The notes below the pieces were generated by a model that was not told the DNA's origin, searched no databases, and saw only the letters and a program-made list of their open reading frames with translations. Below are positions 28,556 to 37,118 of a stretch of DNA of 52,833 bases, in pieces. How positions within the stretch are numbered: position 1 is the stretch's first letter; every line of letters begins with the position of its first letter. The translations under genes were made by a program, and so were the position numbers. The stretch comes from a virus (lineage: Duplodnaviria; Caudoviricetes): positions 1 to 52,833 of the IMG/VR virus record IMGVR_UViG_3300034993_000256; one strand, given 5' to 3'.

Positions 28556-28999
28556 TTGAGCCGAATCAATGGTGGGGAGGACGGGGATTTGAACAATGTC
28601 ATCAAGCACAGCAGGGTGAACATCCGCCAAACTCACCCCGCCCTCTATCACTCGATCATGACACTTGGTGCGATGTCGATCGCATTGGCTGTCAACTTCT
28701 GGACGTCCAACCCGGCATTCAACCCGTATGGCTTCGACAAGAATCTCATCGGAGTCGCATTCTTTGCGCTCGGGTCGAGTAAGATGATCTTCCTCAACAT
28801 CTTCCGCGACCTGCGGATCGTCCGGGTTATCTTGGCATTGTCGATCAGCTTCCATTTCTTCTGGGGTGTGAGTAACACTCAACAATTCTTTGGCGGGAAG
28901 GCCAGTCTTCAACTTCCGATCCTGTACATTGCGATCGCGATCTTGCAGATGCCTCTGCTGCTCGAGGCGCCCGTGAACCCGATGACGGAGAAGAAATGA
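28556..28999 (+). CDS. multi-TM membrane protein (holin candidate)
   Basis: About four hydrophobic helices, directly after the endolysin; start may be TTG 28589 behind GGGAGG. Confidence 0.65.
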   Translation: MSRINGGEDGDLNNVIKHSRVNIRQTHPALYHSIMTLGAMSIALAVNFWTSNPAFNPYGFDKNLIGVAFFALGSSKMIFLNIFRDLRIVRVILALSISFHFFWGVSNTQQFFGGKASLQLPILYIAIAILQMPLLLEAPVNPMTEKK

Positions 29000-29343
29000 G
29001 TTGGGAGCAGGTAACAGGTGGTATTGGAACCGCTGGTGTTGCGCTCGCTCTAGGTGTCTTGACGTATAGACGATCCCGGGCAGTCGACAAGATCTCGGCG
29101 CAGTCGGGGGTGGCGACCGAATCGAGAGCGGGAACAGCCCAGGTGATTGACGGACTCAACCGCATCATCGACACGTTGCAAGAGGACAACAAGGAATGGC
29201 GGGCGGGGTTCCGAGAATTGACAATACGACTCGAGGTGATGGCTGCGGAGCGGGACAAACTTCGTCAGGAAATTGCTCGATTACGTCGCAAATATGGCGA
29301 TAACAGCGATACGCCGGCTAGCGGGATGTCTCCGACGACGTAA
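28996..29343 (+). CDS. single-TM coiled-coil protein (lysis cassette)
   Basis: N-terminal TM helix followed by a heptad-rich region. Confidence 0.7.
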   Translation: MSWEQVTGGIGTAGVALALGVLTYRRSRAVDKISAQSGVATESRAGTAQVIDGLNRIIDTLQEDNKEWRAGFRELTIRLEVMAAERDKLRQEIARLRRKYGDNSDTPASGMSPTT

Positions 29344-29604
29344 TTAGGATGATGCTCTGCGACAAATGCGTGTCAATAGTAGCGGACAATGCGAATGTTT
29401 CGGGCTGTGCGGCGGGCAGAGCATGTCGTATCGGATGTCGATACACGTCTTGCAGCAATCTTCTTCTTTGTCGTCCTCAACTGCGAGAAGTTCAGGATGG
29501 AACGGCCGGCCGCAGAAGAACGCATCTGCGATGCAACAGGCGATATGCGGGCGCTCGTCGCCGAGTGAGATCTCGGTGATGATCTCTTCATTCAGGAGGG
29601 TCAT
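29344..29604 (-). CDS. small Cys/His-rich protein
   Basis: HIACC, FCG, CCKTC; last gene of the - arm. Confidence 0.6.
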   Translation of the reverse strand: MTLLNEEIITEISLGDERPHIACCIADAFFCGRPFHPELLAVEDDKEEDCCKTCIDIRYDMLCPPHSPKHSHCPLLLTRICRRASS

Positions 29605-29663
29605 GATGGGCGTGTCTTAGTCGCGGGACGGTCTGTCAAAGAGAGGCAAGCTGAGGGGTCACG

Positions 29664-29948
29664 CTAGCCTCTTAGCGGTTGACGGCGGATGATCTCTTCG
29701 ATCTCACTACTCTCGACGAGGATCGTGACTTCGATGCGGCCTGGGTGACAGTCGAGATCGCGAGCGCAGGCATTCAGAGTATGCCAGATCACCGGGAACG
29801 GATCAAACCCACTCCCGGCCTGACGATTCGCAGACTCTGCGACACTGACGCCGTTGTTTTGTTGTTCGTGCTTCTGGACGACCGTTGCGGCTGTCCACCC
29901 TGGATTGGTCTCATTCCAGGACAATACGACCTTTGCCGTGGCACTCAC
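29664..29948 (-). CDS. hypothetical protein
   Basis: GGAGGAG RBS and GTGA overlap at 29945-48. Confidence 0.6.
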   Translation of the reverse strand: MSATAKVVLSWNETNPGWTAATVVQKHEQQNNGVSVAESANRQAGSGFDPFPVIWHTLNACARDLDCHPGRIEVTILVESSEIEEIIRRQPLRG

Positions 29949-30199
29949 GACTCCTCCGCGATGCACCAGAGATAGCCGGCGCGCCGTTCGATGTGGCCAG
30001 CGCGCTCGAGTCGCTTCACGACGTAGTAGCACTGCCCGCGGGACAGCCCTGGCTCACGCTCGGTGAGCGACCGGCGGATGTCGATGAGTCTGGTGCACAA
30101 ACCGTCATCGGCACGCCGCTTGATGAGCTTGAGAGCCACCTCATCACGTTCGACGACCTCTCTCCGTCGCGGCGATCCGATACCGTCACGTGTGGTCAT
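29945..30199 (-). CDS. winged-helix-like DNA-binding protein
   Basis: AGGAGG RBS, TAATG overlap; LSRGQCYYVVKRLERAGHIER. Confidence 0.65.
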   Translation of the reverse strand: MTTRDGIGSPRRREVVERDEVALKLIKRRADDGLCTRLIDIRRSLTEREPGLSRGQCYYVVKRLERAGHIERRAGYLWCIAEES

Positions 30200-31413
30200 T
30201 ACTTCCTCCTTGGTCTGACATCGTAGAACCATTCTCTGTCGCCGACGGGCGTACCTTCTGGGAGCTCGGATACGTCACCCTCGATGGCGAGTTTGATCCA
30301 CTTCCCCAGGAATTGCCCGCATTGGACGGTGATGCCCTTCCCCCAATAGTCTTTCAGACCCTTATCGTCGGCAAGCGGAGCAATCTTCCACGTATCCGGA
30401 AACCCCATCGCTCTTGCGACTTCACGGTGCGTGATGCGCCTCGGCAACCAGGGGTGAATCACATTCCCGATGGCACCACCATAGATGACATACCCTGGGC
30501 GATCTGGCTTCCACCGCGTCGTCGGGAAGTAGCCGGATGTCCACCCCCGCCGTTCGTGTTGCGCGATCTCGTCCGGTGTCCACGGCTCGCCAGGGTGTCC
30601 GCCCATACGTTCCGTTCTACGGCGCAGGATCTCTTCGTAATTCTCGCCAGGCGCCCACTCTTCCTGTTCGAGCAGGATGGCAAGTCGACTCCCGCGCCTG
30701 TCGGTGAGCGGCGGCGACCAGTGTCCGTCCGTACCGAATAGGCCTCGTACCTGGTGCGTGGCCCACAATGACGCCAGTGTCGCGCCGTATCGTTGGAACC
30801 CCCAGTCGTCACCTGGCATGTCGACGAGATCATGAATCGCATCGGCCCACGTCGGCTGCAGTGTCACTGGTGTCACATCGACTCGGAATGGTATCCGGTG
30901 AACGACCCAGAAGTAACGGCGTCGAGTGCACGGACCACCAACGGCCGCGGCATCGTGCTTCACGTGCGTGAGGTCGTACTTGAGACCAGAGATCGCTTCG
31001 AGGTAGTTCCGGAGGTCGACCATCAACTTACGACCGTCAGGGCGACTATACGCGGGCATCACGCTCTCAAATGCGGCGATCTGCGGCTTGACCCTCGCGA
31101 CGTAGTCGGCGAAGTCCCACATGCAGTGGTTGATTGGACTGTCGGCACCGCGGAATTCGGTATTGCTCGCGACCGAGAACCCGCTGCACGGCGGATTGCC
31201 GAGCACGAGCTCGACATCATGTACTTCCCACCCCGCTGGCGCCTCGGCCTGCCACTTCCAATCGTATCCGAGCAAGTGCCGATTATGATCGCAATTCGGG
31301 ATGCCGAATCCGCCGACGTTCTCGACCTTGTGGACCATTCGCAGGCCGGCTTTCGTCGCGCCCATGTCCATCCCGCCAGCGAAACTTTGACAGGCAACGA
31401 AGTGAACGGTCAT
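30199..31413 (-). CDS. C5-cytosine DNA methyltransferase homolog with divergent motifs
   Basis: Motif IV GNPPCSGFS, VI FESV, VIII RRRYF, IX REVARAMGFPD; atypical motif I CQSFAGG and motif X WGKGI. ATG 31413 is coupled to the upstream stop. Confidence 0.88.
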   Translation of the reverse strand: MTVHFVACQSFAGGMDMGATKAGLRMVHKVENVGGFGIPNCDHNRHLLGYDWKWQAEAPAGWEVHDVELVLGNPPCSGFSVASNTEFRGADSPINHCMWDFADYVARVKPQIAAFESVMPAYSRPDGRKLMVDLRNYLEAISGLKYDLTHVKHDAAAVGGPCTRRRYFWVVHRIPFRVDVTPVTLQPTWADAIHDLVDMPGDDWGFQRYGATLASLWATHQVRGLFGTDGHWSPPLTDRRGSRLAILLEQEEWAPGENYEEILRRRTERMGGHPGEPWTPDEIAQHERRGWTSGYFPTTRWKPDRPGYVIYGGAIGNVIHPWLPRRITHREVARAMGFPDTWKIAPLADDKGLKDYWGKGITVQCGQFLGKWIKLAIEGDVSELPEGTPVGDREWFYDVRPRRK

Positions 31414-31760
31414 CGTACGATCTCCAGTGCTTCGCGCATGGTCACCCGAGTAACTTGGGGGTGTTCGACCCACGTGCCAGGAGGATCGCCAACGAGGAGT
31501 ACCGGGATACTCAAGGCGATGGCGGCGCCGATCTCGACGTGAGCACCCTTCCATGGTCCGTCACCCTCGAAATGAACTGCGATGAGGTAGTCCGCAGAAC
31601 GAACCTCTGCGATGCATCTGAGCCAGAATTGCCGCCAATCCTGAATGGCGTCCGACTCATAGAGATCGATCCACGATGAGGTGATGGTGATACCAGCATC
31701 GCGAAGTGCGACCCACTGGGGCCCGTGTTTCGCCTTGGATGCGATGTAGACGCGACTCAC
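31410..31760 (-). CDS. nucleoside 2-deoxyribosyltransferase-like protein
   Basis: VYIAS, SSWID, V.SAD, GAHVEIGAAIA and PVLLVG motifs. Confidence 0.8.
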   Translation of the reverse strand: MSRVYIASKAKHGPQWVALRDAGITITSSWIDLYESDAIQDWRQFWLRCIAEVRSADYLIAVHFEGDGPWKGAHVEIGAAIALSIPVLLVGDPPGTWVEHPQVTRVTMREALEIVR

Positions 31761-31954
31761 TCTTGGACCTCCGGTCGTTCTCGTAGTACGACGACCAGGT
31801 CCACGACGTCGTCGACTTGGAATGCGTATGGGTTGCCGACCGGGCAGATCATCGTCGCCGGTGCCGGGTGATTTGGTTCGATCTTCGACTCCCCATCCCA
31901 GAGTTCGACTGCATTGTCGTGAATCGCCACAACGCGATAACTCGCGAAGTTCAT
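31757..31954 (-). CDS. small hypothetical protein
   Basis: GGAGG RBS; overlapped start and stop with neighbours. Confidence 0.6.
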   Translation of the reverse strand: MNFASYRVVAIHDNAVELWDGESKIEPNHPAPATMICPVGNPYAFQVDDVVDLVVVLRERPEVQE

Positions 31955-32400
31955 TCGAACCCGACCTCCTTCAGGATGCCGGCGATGTCCGGCGGCGTCC
32001 AATCCGGTCCCTTCACGACGTCCCACGTGCCGCCCCTGAGAGATTGATCTGCGGTCGTCGCCCGCAACTTCATCATGTTCGCCCGCTGGACCTCGTCCCA
32101 GCCCTCCTGCCACGGGTAGCCGAAGAGGTGTGCGGTCCCCATCGCGACGTAGACGAGATCGATGAGAGCATCGAACATCTGGGCGTGATCGCCTAGTGCG
32201 ATACCGTCACGGAATTCGTCGAGCTCTTCTGTGAGAAATCGAACCCGGAATTCGACGAGTTCTGTCGTGACATCAATGGGCCCCGGATCACGATCGCTGG
32301 TGTGGAGGTCGAACTTGCGGTGGAAGTCGCCGACGTCCTCGAAGTTGGACGAAGTGCACACCGTATCGATGTCTATCGGTAATGGCTTGAGGTCCGCCAT
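31951..32400 (-). CDS. MazG-like (all-alpha) nucleotide pyrophosphohydrolase
   Basis: EELDEF, DALIDLVYV, EVQRANMMK, KGPDW.PP motifs. Confidence 0.88.
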   Translation of the reverse strand: MADLKPLPIDIDTVCTSSNFEDVGDFHRKFDLHTSDRDPGPIDVTTELVEFRVRFLTEELDEFRDGIALGDHAQMFDALIDLVYVAMGTAHLFGYPWQEGWDEVQRANMMKLRATTADQSLRGGTWDVVKGPDWTPPDIAGILKEVGFE

Positions 32401-33242
32401 CAGAACGGCTCCTCGTCGCCCGCCGAGTACGGGACGGGCGCGGGAGCCGGCGCCGGCGCAGGAACGGGAGCCTGCGGGACCGGAGGCTGCGGCACTTCCT
32501 GGACAGGAGCGGGGGGTGCTACCGGCGCTGGCGGCGGGATCTGTGCGACCGGGGCCGGCGGGGCGACCGGGGCCTGTGGCGCGATCGCGGCCGGAGGCGG
32601 TACGACGGTTGGCGTCTGCGACGGGACCGGAGTTGGTGCGCCGGCGGGTACTTGCATGGGCTGCCCGGTTCCGGAGTCGATGACCCAGACCATTGCGGCG
32701 GGTGCGGGGGCTGGTGCGACGACTGGCGCCTGGGGAACCAGAACGGGTGCGACAGGCGGTGCGACCTGCGGTACGGGCGCTGCCTGCGGAATGCCAGCGC
32801 CGGGACCAAATCCTGCCGTGGCGGCGACACCGATTTGCCCGCCGGTAATTGGACTGTAAGCCTGAACTTCGTTGCGATCACTGCCCTTGAACGGCTTGAT
32901 GCCCACGCTGACAGCGACTTGTCGGCCCATGAGAGCGGCGGCGACCTGCTCCAACGGCGGATTCGAGGCGAAGTACGTGCGGTCGAGCCCGAAGGCGGCC
33001 ATGTGTTCGAAGAAGAAAGACAGGGCGTTCGGGTTACCGGCCGTGATCACGTACTGATCGAAGAGGAGTCGGCCGTCGTGCGGTCCACCGACGATCCTGA
33101 GTTGCACCTTGATCATCGGCTTGCTCGTAGACGATGTGGTCGCCTCGGCCTTCGAGACCTGGACGTTGTACGGTCCCGACGGGACCGGCTGGAATCCTTC
33201 GCCAGCCTCCTTCATGAGGGCACCGAAATCAATCGTAGTCAA
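32400..33242 (-). CDS. DUF669-like ssDNA-binding protein with long Pro-rich tail
   Basis: P.GPY.V, KPMIKV, G.HDGR motifs; acidic C-terminus DEEPF; downstream of the Sak4-like ATPase. Confidence 0.75.
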   Translation of the reverse strand: MTTIDFGALMKEAGEGFQPVPSGPYNVQVSKAEATTSSTSKPMIKVQLRIVGGPHDGRLLFDQYVITAGNPNALSFFFEHMAAFGLDRTYFASNPPLEQVAAALMGRQVAVSVGIKPFKGSDRNEVQAYSPITGGQIGVAATAGFGPGAGIPQAAPVPQVAPPVAPVLVPQAPVVAPAPAPAAMVWVIDSGTGQPMQVPAGAPTPVPSQTPTVVPPPAAIAPQAPVAPPAPVAQIPPPAPVAPPAPVQEVPQPPVPQAPVPAPAPAPAPVPYSAGDEEPF

Positions 33243-33649
33243 CTGGAATCACTCCTTTGTGGTAGTTGCGCAAGATGTGCCTTTCGGCACGCCCACCCAG
33301 CGCGCATTGCGGCGCGGCGCTCTTCTGAGTATACGCGACCGCGCTGTGCGGCAGCAATCTTGTCACGGGTTTCCTGTGATACCGGATGCCCCTTCAGACT
33401 TGCGCTCGTCTTCTGCTGAGATTTAGCAGTACTCGGCCGAGCGCGATCATATCGATGACGTAGCGCATGACACGATCGGCAAAGAAGAGCAAGATTTTCG
33501 ATGACATCATTCTGATGATCCTGATCGATATGGTGAATCTGTCCCTGGCCCGATCGTCGTCCAAGTTCAATGAGAATGATATCGCAATCTTCACACGACC
33601 ATGGTCCAGTACCGTGAATTCTGAAGTACACGCGGTGAGACTTAGGCAC
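33239..33649 (-). CDS. HNH endonuclease with NUMOD3 motifs
   Basis: CEDC, IHHIDQDHQND..ENL.LLC.SCH, ETRDKIAAAQRG; start GTG 33649 or ATG 33676. Confidence 0.8.
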   Translation of the reverse strand: MPKSHRVYFRIHGTGPWSCEDCDIILIELGRRSGQGQIHHIDQDHQNDVIENLALLCRSCHALRHRYDRARPSTAKSQQKTSASLKGHPVSQETRDKIAAAQRGRVYSEERRAAMRAGWACRKAHLAQLPQRSDSS

Positions 33650-34433
33650 TTTGAATCTCTTGTGCAGGCGCGGCATAGTGCGGATAGATGAGTTCGAGCA
33701 TGCGGTAGATGTCAGGGTTGTCGACGACCGGTCCGACAAGACCTTGAACTCGCTCGCCGGCTTCGAAGAGAGGAGTCTGGTTGACGAGCAATTTGCGGAC
33801 GATCTGCGTGAGTTGTCCGTTTGCATCCGGTGCCTGGTCGACGTAGAGGTACCCGACGACGTCCATCCAGTATGGCAGGCTGGTGCTGATCTGTCCCTGC
33901 ATATATGGGCGAAACTTGCCGTCAATCTGTCGAGTCTCGGCGACGAACATGGCAACTCTGATCGGATTGTACGGGTCGATCGTGAGGTCACGGAATCCGC
34001 GGATGACGGTGTCCATGACCGTGAGAAGTTGACCCCAATCCTGGATCATCATCGCCTCCGTGCCCTTCAGATTCGCCTTGGCACGGCGTTGGATCTCAGT
34101 GATGGAGTCGACGACGACGGACGTAAAGTAGTGATTGCCCTGCGCTAACCACTGCCATGCATACTGGACATCTTGCCAACTACGGACTGTGACAACGGCG
34201 GCATCCCACGTTCCATCTGGGATCGGCGGTGACTGTGATGGTTCCCAAGGGATGATCGTGAATGGACGGCCACCTAGTCTGTCCCTGAGGTACGTGCTGC
34301 CGGGGAGAAACTTGGTGCCACCTTCGGCGTCCAGAATGCAGATTGGCGCGGGACATGTTGCCCCCAGTGTCGATTTCCCAACCTTGGACTCAGCATGGAC
34401 GAGGATGCTTAGCGTCCTCAGATCGACCGTCAT
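33642..34433 (-). CDS. Sak4-like (AAA_24) ATPase/recombinase
   Basis: Walker A AESKVGKST, DAEGG, VVDSITE, DWG, DVVGYL. Confidence 0.85.
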   Translation of the reverse strand: MTVDLRTLSILVHAESKVGKSTLGATCPAPICILDAEGGTKFLPGSTYLRDRLGGRPFTIIPWEPSQSPPIPDGTWDAAVVTVRSWQDVQYAWQWLAQGNHYFTSVVVDSITEIQRRAKANLKGTEAMMIQDWGQLLTVMDTVIRGFRDLTIDPYNPIRVAMFVAETRQIDGKFRPYMQGQISTSLPYWMDVVGYLYVDQAPDANGQLTQIVRKLLVNQTPLFEAGERVQGLVGPVVDNPDIYRMLELIYPHYAAPAQEIQSA

Positions 34434-34825
34434 GCGATTCCTTTCTTACGCGCCCAATAGGCATGAGTTGCGTCGGATAGTTTCTGCTTGTGCTCGTCTG
34501 TGAGTCTGACTCCGCGCTTGATCTCACTCATCTTGCGCCGATACTCATCTGTGACTGGCGGTCGTTTCTTACCTGTCTTGGCCGCCGAGATTTTGGCTCG
34601 TGTCTCGGTTGATCGAGGAACGCCTGCGAAATGCAGACGACTATGGCACCCTTTGTGCATTGCGGTCAAGTTCGTTGGTTCGTTGTTCTCGTGATTCTCA
34701 TCAAGGTGATGGATGGCGAGTTCGTCTGGTAGGACGAGATCCTCACAGGCGTTGAGGTAGCACGGCCACGGCCCAGGACCGTTCACAGCGATGAAGATGG
34801 GACGGTACTTCCAACCATCACTCAT
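34430..34825 (-). CDS. HNH endonuclease with NUMOD3 motifs
   Basis: IHHLDENHENNEPTNL...CH..LH; ETRAKISAAKTG, EYRRKMSE, EHKQKLS. Confidence 0.85.
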   Translation of the reverse strand: MSDGWKYRPIFIAVNGPGPWPCYLNACEDLVLPDELAIHHLDENHENNEPTNLTAMHKGCHSRLHFAGVPRSTETRAKISAAKTGKKRPPVTDEYRRKMSEIKRGVRLTDEHKQKLSDATHAYWARKKGIA

Positions 34826-35762
34826 CGGCGGTCCCTCCTGTAAGGTCCGGGTATCTGTCGAGGGGATCGCCGACGACGTATAGAGATTGTATCATGTCTT
34901 CAGCGCGACTGCCATCATCGAACATTGGGCAGACTGCAAAGAATTCACATTTCCACGAGCAGTCTTTGTTCGGTCGGGGGTACGCCGCAGTGAGGTGAGA
35001 CTCCCCTGAATCAAGCCGAGCGGTCACAGCGAGAATGTCGTTGATGATCGCCATCACCCGGTACCACGCGCTGTTGAGTTGGTGTTGGTTGAACGGCACC
35101 GGCAGACGCTCGTAGAAGGGCGGCTTGGCCCTTGCCGTTCGCTTCACCTTCCTGAGCATGTTGAACAGCATGCCGCTGCTGCGACCCTCGGTCGTCAGTC
35201 GCCTGAGTATCTCGTAGAGCAGCATCTGCTCCTCCATGGGCAGTGTCTTCACGAGGGCGCCGAAGTCGCCGGTCTTGTGGTCCATGCCGAGGTGCGAGCC
35301 GTCGCTGACCTTCTCGAGCAGGGTGTCGATACGACCTGCGATCGAGAGTCCGTCCGCGAACTGGTACTCGACGGCGCGCTCGCTGCCGACGACGCGGTAG
35401 TCACTGTCGATGCCGGTTTCCGCGAGCCACTCGACGTACCCCTCGATCATCGCCCGGACGAGGTCACTCTCGCCCTCGAAGTCCTTTACCAACATGCCGT
35501 TCGCGACCTCGTCTTCGCCGAAACCCGCGAGGAGGTCGGCGCGGTCCGCGGTGATGATTGCCTCGAGCGCTTCCCGCGGGTCCACCCGCTCCTCGCCCTC
35601 CGGGACGTACCACTGCGCGAGTGATTGGTGCACGCGAGTACCGATGGGCGCTGGCCCTACGACTTTCCTCGCCCGCGGCCTCAGTCGCCGATACGTCCCC
35701 AGCCACCACTTGCGACGACAGTCGCGGAAGGTGCTCATCTCTGAGTTGGTGAAGTACCTCAT
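34818..35762 (-). CDS. Cas4/RecB-like PD-(D/E)xK exonuclease
   Basis: N-terminal Cys (DCRRKW), GTRVH, GRID, DHKT and C-terminal C...C.....C; ATG 35762 overlaps the upstream TGA. Confidence 0.88.
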   Translation of the reverse strand: MRYFTNSEMSTFRDCRRKWWLGTYRRLRPRARKVVGPAPIGTRVHQSLAQWYVPEGEERVDPREALEAIITADRADLLAGFGEDEVANGMLVKDFEGESDLVRAMIEGYVEWLAETGIDSDYRVVGSERAVEYQFADGLSIAGRIDTLLEKVSDGSHLGMDHKTGDFGALVKTLPMEEQMLLYEILRRLTTEGRSSGMLFNMLRKVKRTARAKPPFYERLPVPFNQHQLNSAWYRVMAIINDILAVTARLDSGESHLTAAYPRPNKDCSWKCEFFAVCPMFDDGSRAEDMIQSLYVVGDPLDRYPDLTGGTADE

Positions 35763-36151
35763 ATCCCGGTGTCCCACCGCTTGTCCGGGTGCCACTGTCG
35801 CTGAATCTCGCTGGCAATGCGGGTAATCGCCGACAGCTTCTCGTCGGCGTCCGCCTGGGGTCGCAGCGTGTTGCGGAAGGTAAAGCGGAGGGCGGCCTCG
35901 ACCAACTGCTCTGTCAGTTGGTCGGGGGGCTTGTTCGCTTTCTCTTGCAGTCTTGTGACCTCTTGGAGGACGCTGTCGGCGGTGTACTCCCCGAGGTGAC
36001 CGGAGAGATCGAAACACTCGCCGACCGCGTCCCAGTGTTTCAGCACCTCGAGCGCCTCTGTCTTCCAGCGCCGCAGTCGGTTGATCTCCCTGGTCATCGC
36101 GTCGTACTGCTCAAGTGGGGCGAAGGCTGGGTAGTCGTCGCGAGCGCTCAT
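35759..36151 (-). CDS. hypothetical helical protein
   Basis: ATGA overlaps at both ends. Confidence 0.7.
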   Translation of the reverse strand: MSARDDYPAFAPLEQYDAMTREINRLRRWKTEALEVLKHWDAVGECFDLSGHLGEYTADSVLQEVTRLQEKANKPPDQLTEQLVEAALRFTFRNTLRPQADADEKLSAITRIASEIQRQWHPDKRWDTGI

Positions 36152-36915
36152 GACGGGAACTTCACTCTGTGCTTCTCGATTTCGTTGAGGAAGCGTTGAC
36201 CACGTTCCGGGTCGCTGTCTGGCATCCCCTTGGTGTGGAGTTCGTTCCAGACGTCCTCCAGCGAGTAGCGGGTACGGATCCGTGGGTGCGCCGGCGGCGG
36301 GGTCGAGAATGGATCCCAGCCCCCAGAGATCAGCAAAGCGATCATTGTCTCGTACGCCGCTTCCCAGGGGAGGGTCTCACAGCGCTCCTTCTTCTCCGTG
36401 AAGCGCTCGCGGATCTGCCGGACTCGCTTCCACTGGTGATCGACGGTCGCTTCCTCGTTGATGCCCTTCCCCGTCGGCCCTTTCCCGTCGTTACGGGACA
36501 GGATACGCTCGCGACAGACCTCGAGCGGCGTATCGAGGAAGGCGAACGTGATGCTGTTCTGCACGCCCAACGTCACGTCGAGGCGCTTACGAAGTTCGTG
36601 ATAGCGACCGATCGCGAGGCTCGCCATCATCGACTCGAAGATGACGTGCGGGTAGATGGCGCAGTTCCGTTCGAGCCAGAGTGTGACCAACTCGGTCTTG
36701 CCGGGCATCAACATGTCCATGCCGCCGGTCTTCGCCGTTGGCGCGTACGGACCGACGATGAATAGGCCGCCGGCGAGGAGGTGTCCGACTTGCCGAGGCT
36801 TGACCTTATTCCAGCCGACCTTCTCCCAGACCTCGACTGAGGGGTAATCCTGCAGGAGGCGGTAGAGGCTAGTTGACTTACCGCTGCACGACGAGCCGCG
36901 GATGTTGAGGATCAT
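36148..36915 (-). CDS. P-loop kinase of DNA hypermodification clusters (putative hydroxymethyl-pyrimidine DNA kinase)
   Basis: ILNIRGSSCSGKST, VGPY...GGMD, IFES and FLDTPLEVCRERI..R; near the ADDT-like gene. Confidence 0.75.
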   Translation of the reverse strand: MILNIRGSSCSGKSTSLYRLLQDYPSVEVWEKVGWNKVKPRQVGHLLAGGLFIVGPYAPTAKTGGMDMLMPGKTELVTLWLERNCAIYPHVIFESMMASLAIGRYHELRKRLDVTLGVQNSITFAFLDTPLEVCRERILSRNDGKGPTGKGINEEATVDHQWKRVRQIRERFTEKKERCETLPWEAAYETMIALLISGGWDPFSTPPPAHPRIRTRYSLEDVWNELHTKGMPDSDPERGQRFLNEIEKHRVKFPS

Positions 36916-37118
36916 CAGCCCTCCCGCCAGCTCTTGCGCACCCATTCAGACACCGTGCCCTCACTAACTTTAAATCCGCTTTCACGAAGTTCTCTGGCGA
37001 TTACGGTATACGTCAAACCGTCGTTCTTGTGCCGTCGTTTGATGAACTTGACGACGTCCTCATCCAGCCAATCACTGAGTTCGGCCTTCAAGCTGCGCAT
37101 CGGTCGGTGTTCAATCAT
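36915..37118 (-). CDS. small HTH DNA-binding protein
   Basis: GLTYTVIAREL...VSEGTVSEW; GGAGG RBS, coupled on both sides. Confidence 0.75.
   Translation of the reverse strand: MIEHRPMRSLKAELSDWLDEDVVKFIKRRHKNDGLTYTVIARELRESGFKVSEGTVSEWVRKSWREG

Noticed and set aside
29605-29639. TTGACA on the - strand 29 nt before the ATG at 29604, matching leaderless geometry
   Set aside because: The -10 position reads GACACG, too far from TACAAT to call.
31414-31554. N-terminal extension of the methyltransferase in the ORF track (similar extensions at 35763-36017, 47559-47972, 52014-52223, 33677-33991)
   Set aside because: They overlap other supported genes; coupled downstream starts fit better.
34818-35762. 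Cas4-like nuclease as evidence of a CRISPR-Cas system
   Set aside because: No array or other cas genes; it sits in the usual exonuclease-Sak4-SSB recombination module.
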